Virus record (IMG/VR): IMGVR_UViG_3300033148_002355
Origin: an uncultured virus (IMG/VR IMGVR_UViG_3300033148_002355)
Taxonomy: Duplodnaviria; Heunggongvirae; Uroviricota; Caudoviricetes
DNA length: 64,000 nt
Direction: 5' to 3' (one strand)
Below the pieces are notes generated by a model. The model saw only the letters and a list, made by a program, of their open reading frames with translations, was not told where the DNA came from and searched no databases. Position 1 is the first letter of the stretch. Each line of letters begins with the position of its first letter. A program made the translations under genes and the position numbers. This document shows, one piece after another, positions 1 through 8,468 of this stretch.

Positions 1-6
1 ATTGCG

Positions 7-231
7 TTAGCGAGCATTAAACTCATCTAACCAAACATCTTTTGCTACTGTCCAAGCTGTTGCCCAATCAATATAGGTTTTGGTAATATTCCCTTTATCA
101 TCCTCATAGTCGTGCCATCTACGCCAAACTATTGATAAGTGCATTTTTACAGCTAAAAAATAACGCTCGCTAACATAAGCTATATGTAATGCCTTTTTAG
201 CGAGTTTTGATTGTTTCAGTTTTTTAATCAT
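7..231 (-). CDS. Small hypothetical protein (74 aa, MIKKLKQSK...), translated through an attC-like site arm
   Basis: ORF track 7..276; ATG at 231 follows an A-rich leader. The stop TAA coincides with the GTTA core at 6-9. Confidence 0.7.
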   Translation of the reverse strand: MIKKLKQSKLAKKALHIAYVSERYFLAVKMHLSIVWRRWHDYEDDKGNITKTYIDWATAWTVAKDVWLDEFNAR

Positions 232-299
232 TGTATTTTCTTTTAAGTTAGTGTAGTAATTTATCAAGGTCGGCACTACACATAGCCAAACCGTTAGAG
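168..299. repeat. attC-like palindromic site 1
   Basis: CGCTAAC-ATAA-GCTATATGTAATGCC ... GGCACTACACATAGC-CAAACC-GTTAGAG; 15-bp arms with 2 mismatches that are G:T pairs on the bottom strand. Confidence 0.8.
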
Positions 300-313
300 T
301 GCATTAAAACGCA

Positions 314-530
314 CAATAACAATGTATAAGTAAACATAAAATTTACTTATCTTTTCGGTTTATATGGTAAGTATAACTAAATCCAATAGCTGTTCCTAAC
401 CATATCCAAGTCATTACATCTCTGTGATATTCTACATCAAAGCAAAATATCAAATAGTTAATTATTGCTAATATTAAATATATCCATTTCATAGTCGTAA
501 ATTTTTCGTTTCTTATACTAAGCGTTATAA
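314..530. repeat. attC-like palindromic site 2 (loop contains a whole gene)
   Basis: CAATAAC-AAT-GTATAAGTAAACATAAAATTTAC ... GTAAATTTTTCGTTTCTTATAC-TAAGC-GTTATAA. Confidence 0.8.
343..492 (-). CDS. Small two-TM membrane protein (49 aa, MKWIYLILAII...)
   Basis: ATG at 492 within track ORF 343..552; two hydrophobic segments; lies between the arms of site 2. Confidence 0.65.
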   Translation of the reverse strand: MKWIYLILAIINYLIFCFDVEYHRDVMTWIWLGTAIGFSYTYHINRKDK

Positions 531-535
531 ACAAA

Positions 536-742
536 TTACTTCCATAAGTCACTTGTCGCTATCTCATTAACTAAAGTTATTCTTTGTTTCAAAGCTATTA
601 ACCTATGTTTTAACTCTCCTACAACGTGAGAATGATAAGGTCTGTACTTTTTATTCTGTTCGTCTTTTTGGTACTTTTTAACTCTTTGAATGTTCTCTTG
701 TACCATTTTTAATTCTTGCTCTAATAATTCTAATTGTTTCAT
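536..742 (-). CDS. Hypothetical coiled-coil protein (cassette gene)
   Basis: 68-aa ORF bounded by GTTATAAAC (524-532) and GTTTATAAC (753-761). Confidence 0.7.
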   Translation of the reverse strand: MKQLELLEQELKMVQENIQRVKKYQKDEQNKKYRPYHSHVVGELKHRLIALKQRITLVNEIATSDLWK

Positions 743-752
743 ATTTCCATCA

Positions 753-781
753 GTTTATAACACAGTATAAAAACAACTGCG
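753..781. repeat. attC-like left half-site (right arm not recognisable)
   Basis: GTTTATAAC-ACA-GTATAAAAACAACTGCG matches the left-arm pattern and is complementary to the cassette start at 524. Confidence 0.55.
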
Positions 782-800
782 TAGATTTTTATTCTTATCA

Positions 801-1148
801 TTACCTGCAATCTAACTCCCAACTTTCTTTAGAGCATCGTTTTATTAAAATGCTATCATATAAAGAGTTATTACTAACGCTGTACAACATATCTCCTGCC
901 ACAGTGAAGTCTACACTCAAGTCTAATTTATCGCTGTAGTAAACGCTGCCTGAGAGCCTATAACAACTGTTTCCTATCCTTACATACTCCGGATATAAAC
1001 TTATCGCTCTTTGCTTGTTTAAAAACATACAAACCTTTTTAGCTAATACATAGTCATCTATCCACGCTACTTGTTTATCGTTTTCATCAACTATGCTCTT
1101 TCCGAACTTTCGTTTTATCTTGTAACTTCCTTGTTTTATTTTTTCCAT
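801..1148 (-). CDS. Hypothetical protein
   Basis: 115-aa ORF co-oriented with neighbours. Confidence 0.65.
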   Translation of the reverse strand: MEKIKQGSYKIKRKFGKSIVDENDKQVAWIDDYVLAKKVCMFLNKQRAISLYPEYVRIGNSCYRLSGSVYYSDKLDLSVDFTVAGDMLYSVSNNSLYDSILIKRCSKESWELDCR

Positions 1149-1229
1149 ACTGCTAACCTAATAACTATTTAGTAGTTGTTAAAATTATTAACATCCTTTA
1201 ACAACATATCGAAGTGTTTAGGTTTAGAG

Positions 1230-1532
1230 AAAGCGGTCCCCTTATATCCTTGATGGTGTCAAGGACTTGGTTTGAGGTTAGTAAACTGTTATACTTCCCC
1301 CGAACTTAGCTTTCTCCAGTATTTGTGTTCCTCACTTATTTCTAAGTAGCCTTGACATTACAGCATTTACACTCATTATTATAGATCAGATGATTAACAT
1401 CAAGTCGAATGTTGCTGGGTAAGCATTGCATCCTCTAACCCTCACTATAACACGCCTGTTACAACTAGTTACGATTCTTTTATTATCCCTTTTGTTAATG
1501 ATGTATGGAAACATGAACACCTGAACCGCCTT
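1230..1532 (-). ncRNA. Candidate ~300-nt structured non-coding RNA or replication-origin transcript
   Basis: No ORF in the track. On the - strand, AAGGCGGTTC (1532-1523) can pair with GGACCGCTTT (1239-1230) and GAGGGTTAG with CTAACCTC; hairpin TCCTTGA/TCAAGGA at 1247-1265. Confidence 0.4.
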
Positions 1533-1554
1533 ATATGTATTAAGATTCAAACAT

Positions 1555-1592
1555 AAAAAAAGCCCTTATATACACGGTATAAGGACTTTTTT
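1555..1592 (-). terminator. Intrinsic terminator-like hairpin, probably part of an attenuator
   Basis: AAAAAAAGCCCTTATA-TACACGG-TATAAGGACTTTTTT. Confidence 0.65.
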
Positions 1593-1658
1593 GTATCAAG
1601 GCTCAAAGAACCTTTCTTTTATGTCTTTAATTCATACCGTGTATACGAATCTTAATAT

Positions 1659-1706
1659 CAAAGATAAAAATAAATATTAAACTCCCAACTATTTTAATTA
1701 AATTTG
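1659..1706. promoter_or_regulatory. Divergent Bacteroidota-type sigma70 promoters
   Basis: - strand TATCTTTG (1666-1659) with TTG about 20 nt upstream; + strand TAAATTTG (1699-1706). Both match the TAnnTTTG -7 consensus. Confidence 0.55.
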
Positions 1707-1757
1707 ATATAGTTAACTAAACATTATATTTTAAAATATTTTAAAACAACAAAGATT

Positions 1758-2285
1758 ATGGGAAATTTTAGAGCACCACTAGTCGTATCAACAACCGCTA
1801 CTGTAGGAACAGCAGCAGCTGTTAATGCTGAAAAGTGTATTCAAATTGAAAAGGGAGGAATTAACGATACAGAGATTTTATTTGTATTTGATTACGACCA
1901 AGTAGACAGTAACGTAGTATGGACATTCGCAACTACAGGTGATAGAGATACTGAGTATGCATTACTAGACGTAGACAGTACTCAATTTAAAGCAGGGGTA
2001 GATGCAGCGTTTGTATCAAGTGCAGCAGCATTAGTTTCTGATCGTACAGGAGCGGCTGTAGTAAACAACCCTTCAATTAACTTAAACAAAGTAACTTCAA
2101 TTGACAGTTTCGATATTGATAACTTTTTAGGAGTAGGTGGTAAATTACTTTACAAGTTAGTGTTCATTTACGAAGGTGTTAACGAACTAAGAGAGTTATC
2201 TTGGAACTATGACAATACAACTGATAGAGATAATACTTACGTAGAACTTACTGCACTAGCAGCAGCTTTACAGTATATCCCATAA
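1758..2285 (+). CDS. Probable virion (decoration/auxiliary capsid) protein with two internal repeats
   Basis: 175 aa; own promoter box and terminator; halves WTFATTGDRDTEYALL and WNYDNTTDRDNTYVEL. Function is inferred. Confidence 0.6.
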   Translation: MGNFRAPLVVSTTATVGTAAAVNAEKCIQIEKGGINDTEILFVFDYDQVDSNVVWTFATTGDRDTEYALLDVDSTQFKAGVDAAFVSSAAALVSDRTGAAVVNNPSINLNKVTSIDSFDIDNFLGVGGKLLYKLVFIYEGVNELRELSWNYDNTTDRDNTYVELTALAAALQYIP

Positions 2286-2304
2286 GCTTAATAACTTATA
2301 GTTT

Positions 2305-2336
2305 AAAAACCCTAAGTTAATAGCTTAGGGTTTTTT
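2305..2336 (+). terminator. Intrinsic (bidirectional) terminator
   Basis: AAAAACCCTAAGT-TAAT-AGCTTAGGGTTTTTT. Confidence 0.8.
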
Positions 2337-2338
2337 AT

Positions 2339-2409
2339 TGTCCTGTGGTGTAATGGTAGCACTACTGTTTTTGGTACAGTTAGTCAAGGTTCGAGTCCTT
2401 GCGGGATAA
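2339..2409 (+). tRNA. tRNA-Gln (anticodon TTG), CCA not encoded
   Basis: Acceptor TGTCCTG/CGGGATA, D arm GTGTAATGGTAGCAC, anticodon stem ACTGT-TTTTGGT-ACAGT, T arm CAAGG-TTCGAGT-CCTTG. Confidence 0.93.
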
Positions 2410-2910
2410 CTAAACAACAAACTTACACCCTACAATATCCAACACTGTTATATCAACACCCTTGGATACTAATACGATTGTAGCGTCAAGCATGTTTTCT
2501 AACTTATAAGCACCAACGCTTTGAGTTTCTGTATTTTTAATGATCCACTTATCTTTTCCTTTTTCAGTTGCCTCAGCGGTATTCCTGCATAATAAAAACG
2601 GTCCTCTTGAATAAACTCTTGTAATAGAACTATCTATTTCAGATTCTATTACAGTTTCAGTAAAACCCGCATATTCTGGAATGAATGGTTCGTCTGCTAG
2701 GTACATACCCTTCGCGTAAGACGCGCCCGCAGTTTTATCATGCTCGGCATTAGAATCTTTAAGTAACTTGATTAGAGGGTTGATTACGTTCCTTATAAGC
2801 TTAGGTACGCTATCGTATCCATTTGATTTTAGTACACTCCCCGTTTTTAATCTTCTTGATGTAGACAGGTCAATTAGTGCCTGTTCTTTTCTGCTTGTTC
2901 CTTTGGACAT
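2410..2910 (-). CDS. Hypothetical protein
   Basis: 166-aa ORF divergent from the terminase. Confidence 0.75.
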   Translation of the reverse strand: MSKGTSRKEQALIDLSTSRRLKTGSVLKSNGYDSVPKLIRNVINPLIKLLKDSNAEHDKTAGASYAKGMYLADEPFIPEYAGFTETVIESEIDSSITRVYSRGPFLLCRNTAEATEKGKDKWIIKNTETQSVGAYKLENMLDATIVLVSKGVDITVLDIVGCKFVV

Positions 2911-2976
2911 ATCTTCTGTTTTCGTTCGTGGATAAAGGTATTGATTTTTTTTGTACTTTTATATCAAACTGAAAAG

Positions 2977-5466
2977 ATGCAAGAAGACGAATTTGATGAG
3001 TTTGAGGATATATTTGAGAATCCTTCACCATTATACAAAGATACGCCTAAACCTTCTAGGAGAAACGATTCGTTTTCTCAAAGAAACGGGGGAGGTATAA
3101 AAGAAACTGTTGTACAGCAGGAAGCTAGAAAAGAGCACGAAGAAAGTGAAAAGTCTTCAAACCTGCTCGAAGGTCAATCGTTCAGAGAGGCTAGAGGTAA
3201 AATCAAAAAAGAAAATCACGGTAACTTTTTAGTTGATATGTTTAGGAGAGGTCTTCCATTGACGGAAGCTCAAATAGACTCTATTGCTGAATTAAAATTA
3301 ATATCCGACGAAGAGTTGAGAGGTATTAAAATTGTTGATCCAGATTTAACTGAAAGCGACAAGACTCCATTCGATAAAGATTTATTACAAAACTTAGGAA
3401 CTACTTTAAAATCAAAAAGGGTAGGGTTTGGAGTTTACCAGCATTGCGGGAGAGAAATTGAAACAGATGAGTGGATGCCTAAATCTGTAGTATCTCACAC
3501 CCCAGAGTTTGTGAAATGGATTAACGCCATGAACAACAAAGGGTTTCAAAACAAAGGGCATTACGAACCATTAGAATTATACGTACAACAAGCTCATAAC
3601 TGGTTATCAGATGGTGACAGTATGGAGAACTACGACTTTGAAGATGATAGGATAGATTACTTTGAACAGGAGTGGAGCAGGTGTTTAGAGAACACACTTT
3701 ACTTTGTTGATAAGTATTTAAATATAAAAGAGTCCGATATGGAGGATGCTGGTAGTATGAGCTACATAGCTAAACCGGTACATGAAGTTCTTTTGTTTTT
3801 AGCTGATTGTCGATATAGTTTAATTATTGGTAAACCGAGACAGATTGCAGCGACTACTACCTATTTAGGTTTTGGTTTAAAAAAGATGATGTTCAATAAG
3901 AACTTCTTTTTGAAGTTTGTTACAATGGATGTCGATACAGCTGAGGAGATCATGGAGGATAAATTAAAGTATCCTAACAGTGAAATACCAGATTGGTTAC
4001 GTGCGAGTGTATATGGAGATTCACATGAAGGTCTTCATTTTGCTAAAAGAATACCAGGAAAGAAAGGTAAGAGATCAGGAGCCAATTCAAAGTTTCATGT
4101 AGTTGCTCCAAGTGTGTCGGCAATCAATGCGGGATCTCCTCCATTGGTATTTGTTGATGAAGCCGGTTATATCAAAATGCTTGGAAAGATGATCAGGGAA
4201 TCTCGTCCAACTATGTTTAGACCTAATTCAACTACTGGGGAGTTAGAAATGAAAAGACAAATTATTATATGGTCCACTGGAGGCGTAGATGAAGGAAAGA
4301 ATAAGGTAAAGACTAAATCGTTTGAAGAAGAGGTGAAGCATGCATTAGCTAAGTGGGAGGAGAAGAGTTATGATTATGGGATTATACCTGTATTCTTCGA
4401 CTGGACAACAAGGCCGGGGATTACAAAAGAGTTTTATGAAAGAGAGGAAAGGAATTACTCATCAGGGGACGAAGGGGAGAGAGAGCAAAGAATGAATCAG
4501 TTCAGGTTAACTTATCCAAGTTGCTGGGATGATATGTTCTTAAGTGAAGAAAAGCTTATTGTTCCTATATCATTTATACGGGAGAACGAAAGAAGGATAA
4601 ACGATGCTCAAGCTGATTTTAAACCTCAGCCAGGATACTTTGAACCTATCATTGACAGAACCCAGCAAGGAAGTACAGGTTACAGTGCTAGTAGCGATTT
4701 AGGGAAGATTGTAGGGGCTAGGTTTATTCCTGTAGACTTTGATGATGCTAGTGCGTCAGCGTTTATTTTTATGCATCCTGAAAAAGGTTGGGAGCATAGG
4801 TATTACAAAGGAACGGATCCAATCATGACTGACACTGGTTATTCTAATATGGCAAGCGCGATATTTGATAAGCATATAGGTACTATATCTGCGATAGTTA
4901 ATTATAGGAATGACGATCATAAGAACACGTTCTTACAAACATTTTTACTTGGGTTGTATTTTAACATAGATGGTCATGTTAACGGTATCCCTGAATTAGT
5001 TGAGGCGAATATTGGAACAGCTTATACTGACTTTGTAGATTACAATGGTTACGAGAGGACGATGGTTTATCAAAACGAATTACCCACTGCTTTTCGGGGG
5101 GGTGGTCAATTAATTGGTGTTGATAATAAGGGTCGTAGGGCTGAGTTTATAATAGCTAGATTAAAAGAATTAGTATCTTTATATCACCAGAACTTTTTCT
5201 TCCTGGAGATATTCCAGCAATTAAGGACGTTTTCTTGCAGTTTGACAGCTTCAGGAGCTGCGGTGTGGAAAGTGAGTGACAAGAGACGGTATAAGGATGA
5301 TGTTTTATATGCTATAGTTTTTGCTTACATTTGTAGTCTGTGTTACGACAATAGAGAACCTAAAAGGTTAGAGAGTGTGAACGATAGGTATGTTACAAAA
5401 CATGAGTTGGTCAGAGGTAGTGATGGAGGATTAACTAGGGTCGCAGTAAAAAAGAGAATAAGTTAA
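2977..5466 (+). CDS. terL: Terminase large subunit with long N-terminal extension
   Basis: Walker A-like KPRQIAATT, Walker B LVFVDEAG, motif III WSTG, nuclease GTDP and C-terminal KDDVLYA; lies upstream of the portal. ATG at 2977. Confidence 0.88.
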   Translation: MQEDEFDEFEDIFENPSPLYKDTPKPSRRNDSFSQRNGGGIKETVVQQEARKEHEESEKSSNLLEGQSFREARGKIKKENHGNFLVDMFRRGLPLTEAQIDSIAELKLISDEELRGIKIVDPDLTESDKTPFDKDLLQNLGTTLKSKRVGFGVYQHCGREIETDEWMPKSVVSHTPEFVKWINAMNNKGFQNKGHYEPLELYVQQAHNWLSDGDSMENYDFEDDRIDYFEQEWSRCLENTLYFVDKYLNIKESDMEDAGSMSYIAKPVHEVLLFLADCRYSLIIGKPRQIAATTTYLGFGLKKMMFNKNFFLKFVTMDVDTAEEIMEDKLKYPNSEIPDWLRASVYGDSHEGLHFAKRIPGKKGKRSGANSKFHVVAPSVSAINAGSPPLVFVDEAGYIKMLGKMIRESRPTMFRPNSTTGELEMKRQIIIWSTGGVDEGKNKVKTKSFEEEVKHALAKWEEKSYDYGIIPVFFDWTTRPGITKEFYEREERNYSSGDEGEREQRMNQFRLTYPSCWDDMFLSEEKLIVPISFIRENERRINDAQADFKPQPGYFEPIIDRTQQGSTGYSASSDLGKIVGARFIPVDFDDASASAFIFMHPEKGWEHRYYKGTDPIMTDTGYSNMASAIFDKHIGTISAIVNYRNDDHKNTFLQTFLLGLYFNIDGHVNGIPELVEANIGTAYTDFVDYNGYERTMVYQNELPTAFRGGGQLIGVDNKGRRAEFIIARLKELVSLYHQNFFFLEIFQQLRTFSCSLTASGAAVWKVSDKRRYKDDVLYAIVFAYICSLCYDNREPKRLESVNDRYVTKHELVRGSDGGLTRVAVKKRIS

Positions 5467-5471
5467 CAATA

Positions 5472-6116
5472 ATGGAAAAGAAATTTAACTTAGAAGATAT
5501 AACTGTTTATTCTTTATTTGTTCCTAAGAGCAGAAGCGGATTAGCTAGTGATTATCCTGAGATAAAAAAGAATAAGTATCTATCGGGTATCCGTAACGAC
5601 AGGCTTTTGTTTTGTTGGTTTTTAGGGTGTGAAGGTTCTCCTTGTTATGATTATTATAATTCTGATAATCCAAAAGACAGAAAGGAAGCTTTATTATTTG
5701 CGAAAGAGCATTCTGAATTAAGGTTTAATGATTACGATTGGAAAAGAATTTTAGAAGAGTTAAAAGCTCCTTCAGAATTTATCAAAGGAATAAAAGAGTT
5801 TAATTCTTTTAAGGTTGGACCAAGGGTAAGAATGATGCGTATGGTTGAACACATGCTTATTAACTTTGAAAAGATTGTAAGTATAGATGTAAATGGTTCT
5901 GAGTTTAATATAACCGACAAGGACGGTAAAGATTCAGGAGAAAGGGATTACGTAAAAATTAAGCAATTCACAGATACGTGTATTAACATAAGGAATAAGT
6001 TTTCTGAAACGCTTGAACAAGCAGAATATGCGTTTGGAATAACTGCAGTAAAAGAAGATAAGAAAGCTGAGATGGGAACATCATATCTTGATAGAAAGCA
6101 CGATTCAAATAAATAA
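5472..6116 (+). CDS. Hypothetical packaging-module protein (possible small terminase)
   Basis: 214 aa between terL and portal; helical C-terminus. Confidence 0.6.
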   Translation: MEKKFNLEDITVYSLFVPKSRSGLASDYPEIKKNKYLSGIRNDRLLFCWFLGCEGSPCYDYYNSDNPKDRKEALLFAKEHSELRFNDYDWKRILEELKAPSEFIKGIKEFNSFKVGPRVRMMRMVEHMLINFEKIVSIDVNGSEFNITDKDGKDSGERDYVKIKQFTDTCINIRNKFSETLEQAEYAFGITAVKEDKKAEMGTSYLDRKHDSNK

Positions 6117-6121
6117 TAATT

Positions 6122-8407
6122 ATGAGCTCATTTGCCACAGACTCTTCTAGTTTTGACAGACCAAATAGAATAACTACTTCAGAAAAAGAAAAGAACACTC
6201 CAGAATATCATGTTAGAAATGCGAGGTTCGCAATTGCTACAAGCTCAAGTAGTCAAAGGAGTTCGTTTATTAATAAGACAAAAATAAACAAGCAGTTCTT
6301 CAAAGGCGGGGATAGTCAATGGATTCTTGATGAAGATAAAGAGGCTTTCTTAAAGGATGACACAGGACAAGAGAGTGGCAGGATTAAGGCTGTAAACAAC
6401 GTAGTAAGACCAGTAGTTGCTCAATACCAAGGTAACGCTAATAGGTTAGAATTGAGTGCTAGATCTCAAGCTGTTTCGGAGAGGGCTAAGAATAGGATGA
6501 CAGAAGCTTTAAAGAAGAAGCTTTTCATGTTTGATGTTTCGTTAGAATCACCTGCGTATTCTGATTATATTAAAAAGAAACACGGTTTAGGAGATACCGA
6601 AGAAGAAACTGAAGCTATATTCGTCAATTCGTATACTGACAAGTATGTAGAGAAAATGAACAACCTTATTGTATTTATTGAAAACATAAATAGGTTAGAT
6701 AGTTATAAAATAAAACTTGCAGAGAATTTAGCTTTATCTGGTCTTGCAGTAATGTACGGTTATGAGTCTAATGGTCATTTGAAATTTAAGCCTATTGAGT
6801 CTGAAGATTTTATATTTGATAACACTGCGGAGCGTTACGATTTAACAGATGGTGAGTTTCAGGGTATGGTGGACAACATGACACCTACGGGGGTTTATGA
6901 AAGATACAATACTTCTGAGAAGGACTCTGAAGCAATTGAAAACTATGTAAGTAATATCGGAGGGGCTATAAACCAAACTACTTTAGATGATAATATCTAC
7001 AGCGCGAATGGAAGAAGAGCTGCTAGTGGTTTACAAGTGCCTATTTATAAAATATACTTCAAAGATATTCAGAGAGAGGAGTATGGTTTTGTTATTGATG
7101 AATACGGATACACTCATTTAGTAGAAATCAACTATGCAGCTCCAGGAGAAGATAAGCCAAAGTACACAGAGGCTGACGTTGTAACTCCTCCAGAGAGTGC
7201 AAGGAATAGATTCTTATTTAAAGGTAAGAAAACCGCCTTTTGTTATAAAGAGATTCTTAGGTATTGTCACTTCATTCCTTCTGAATTTTTAGCGAGAGCT
7301 GAGAAGAATGAAGATAAAAGAAAACAAATATCTGATATAGTGTTAGAGTGGGGGGTAGATCCTTACCAAGATTCTACATTAGAAAATCCTAGTGAAGTTA
7401 AGTTTCCTTTTAAAGCTCACGCTTGGGGTTATGTAGATGGAGAGGTTATCTCCCCGGTAGACGATGTTATTAGTCCTCAGAGATTAATAAACAGAATATT
7501 ATCTGTGACAGAGGCTAACATAAACAACTCAGGAGGGTCTAACGCTGTGCTTGATTTAGATGCTTTTGAGCCACAAGACGTTAAAGATGGAACTGTTGCT
7601 AGAAATATGAAGCAAGGAAAACCCGTTTTTGCTAGAACAAGAGGTAAGGGTGTTCCTAACAGTATAGGGAAGTACGACGACACTCCTAGTGATGGTATAT
7701 ATAAAATGTTTGAGATTATTCCTTTAATGCGAGATGTTATTCAAACTAGTACTGGAGTTAACGAGCCATTACAAGGCGGGGAGCAAAAAGGAACAGGAAC
7801 TCAACTTGTAGGTGTTACAGAATTACTTATACAAAGAGGTTCGCTTATTCAGGAGCCTTTTTACAAAGCTATTGAGGAGGTTTACATACAGATGTACGAA
7901 AGTATGATGACTAGAGGCAAGCAGATCTATATTGAAAACGAAAGGGTTCTTTCAAACGCTACAGGCGATGATGGGGTGTATACTTTCCAGTTAACAAAAG
8001 ATATGCTTAACGAGGACTTAAGAGTGTTTGTTAAGAGAGAGAACAACGAGGAAACCTTAAAGAATCAAGCTAATCAAACGTTACTTACATTTATGGAAAT
8101 GGGTCTTATTGATAAGAAAACATTTGCACAGCTTTATAATAGGTCCACTCCTAATGATGTGGTTAACGGATTAAGACAGCAGGTAGCAGCTGAAATTGAA
8201 TTGCAACGTGAGCAAGCTAAACTAGAAGAGCAAGCGTCAGAGACTCAAGCTATTCAAGAAGATGCTGATTTAGCTTTAGCGAAGGAGGAAGAGATAGAAA
8301 AAGAGCAAAGGGATTTACAAACTTTCGCTAAGCAAGAAGCTATAAAAAACGAAGGAAAGGAGCAGGAGCAAATAACAAAGGCTGTATTGCAGGAGAGGTC
8401 TGAATAG
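6122..8407 (+). CDS. Portal protein (podovirus/crAss-like)
   Basis: 761 aa; position; STGVNEPLQG segment and coiled-coil C-terminus typical of P22-like portals. Confidence 0.8.
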   Translation: MSSFATDSSSFDRPNRITTSEKEKNTPEYHVRNARFAIATSSSSQRSSFINKTKINKQFFKGGDSQWILDEDKEAFLKDDTGQESGRIKAVNNVVRPVVAQYQGNANRLELSARSQAVSERAKNRMTEALKKKLFMFDVSLESPAYSDYIKKKHGLGDTEEETEAIFVNSYTDKYVEKMNNLIVFIENINRLDSYKIKLAENLALSGLAVMYGYESNGHLKFKPIESEDFIFDNTAERYDLTDGEFQGMVDNMTPTGVYERYNTSEKDSEAIENYVSNIGGAINQTTLDDNIYSANGRRAASGLQVPIYKIYFKDIQREEYGFVIDEYGYTHLVEINYAAPGEDKPKYTEADVVTPPESARNRFLFKGKKTAFCYKEILRYCHFIPSEFLARAEKNEDKRKQISDIVLEWGVDPYQDSTLENPSEVKFPFKAHAWGYVDGEVISPVDDVISPQRLINRILSVTEANINNSGGSNAVLDLDAFEPQDVKDGTVARNMKQGKPVFARTRGKGVPNSIGKYDDTPSDGIYKMFEIIPLMRDVIQTSTGVNEPLQGGEQKGTGTQLVGVTELLIQRGSLIQEPFYKAIEEVYIQMYESMMTRGKQIYIENERVLSNATGDDGVYTFQLTKDMLNEDLRVFVKRENNEETLKNQANQTLLTFMEMGLIDKKTFAQLYNRSTPNDVVNGLRQQVAAEIELQREQAKLEEQASETQAIQEDADLALAKEEEIEKEQRDLQTFAKQEAIKNEGKEQEQITKAVLQERSE

Positions 8408-8438
8408 AATATTTTTTTATATTAACATTTTTTATGAG

Positions 8439-8446
8439 TATATTTG
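8439..8446 (+). promoter_or_regulatory. Bacteroidota -7 promoter box
   Basis: TATATTTG 22 nt upstream of the ATG at 8469. Confidence 0.5.
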
Positions 8447-8468
8447 AATTATATAAAAAACAGAAAAG

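Noticed and set aside
168..530. Interpreting the palindromes as rho-independent terminators or MITEs
   Set aside because: They lack GC-rich stems with U-tracts and target-site duplications, and complementarity links adjacent sites across genes rather than the ends of one element.
1149..1757. tmRNA, RNase P RNA, retron msr-msd or group I/II intron
   Set aside because: No tRNA-like ends or tag ORF, no recognisable catalytic core motifs, no RT nearby, and no interrupted gene; kept only as an unclassified ncRNA candidate.
2100..2125. SFDID as an RNA polymerase catalytic motif
   Set aside because: It lies in a 175-aa protein far too small for an RNAP, and the first Asp is not in the DxDxD register.
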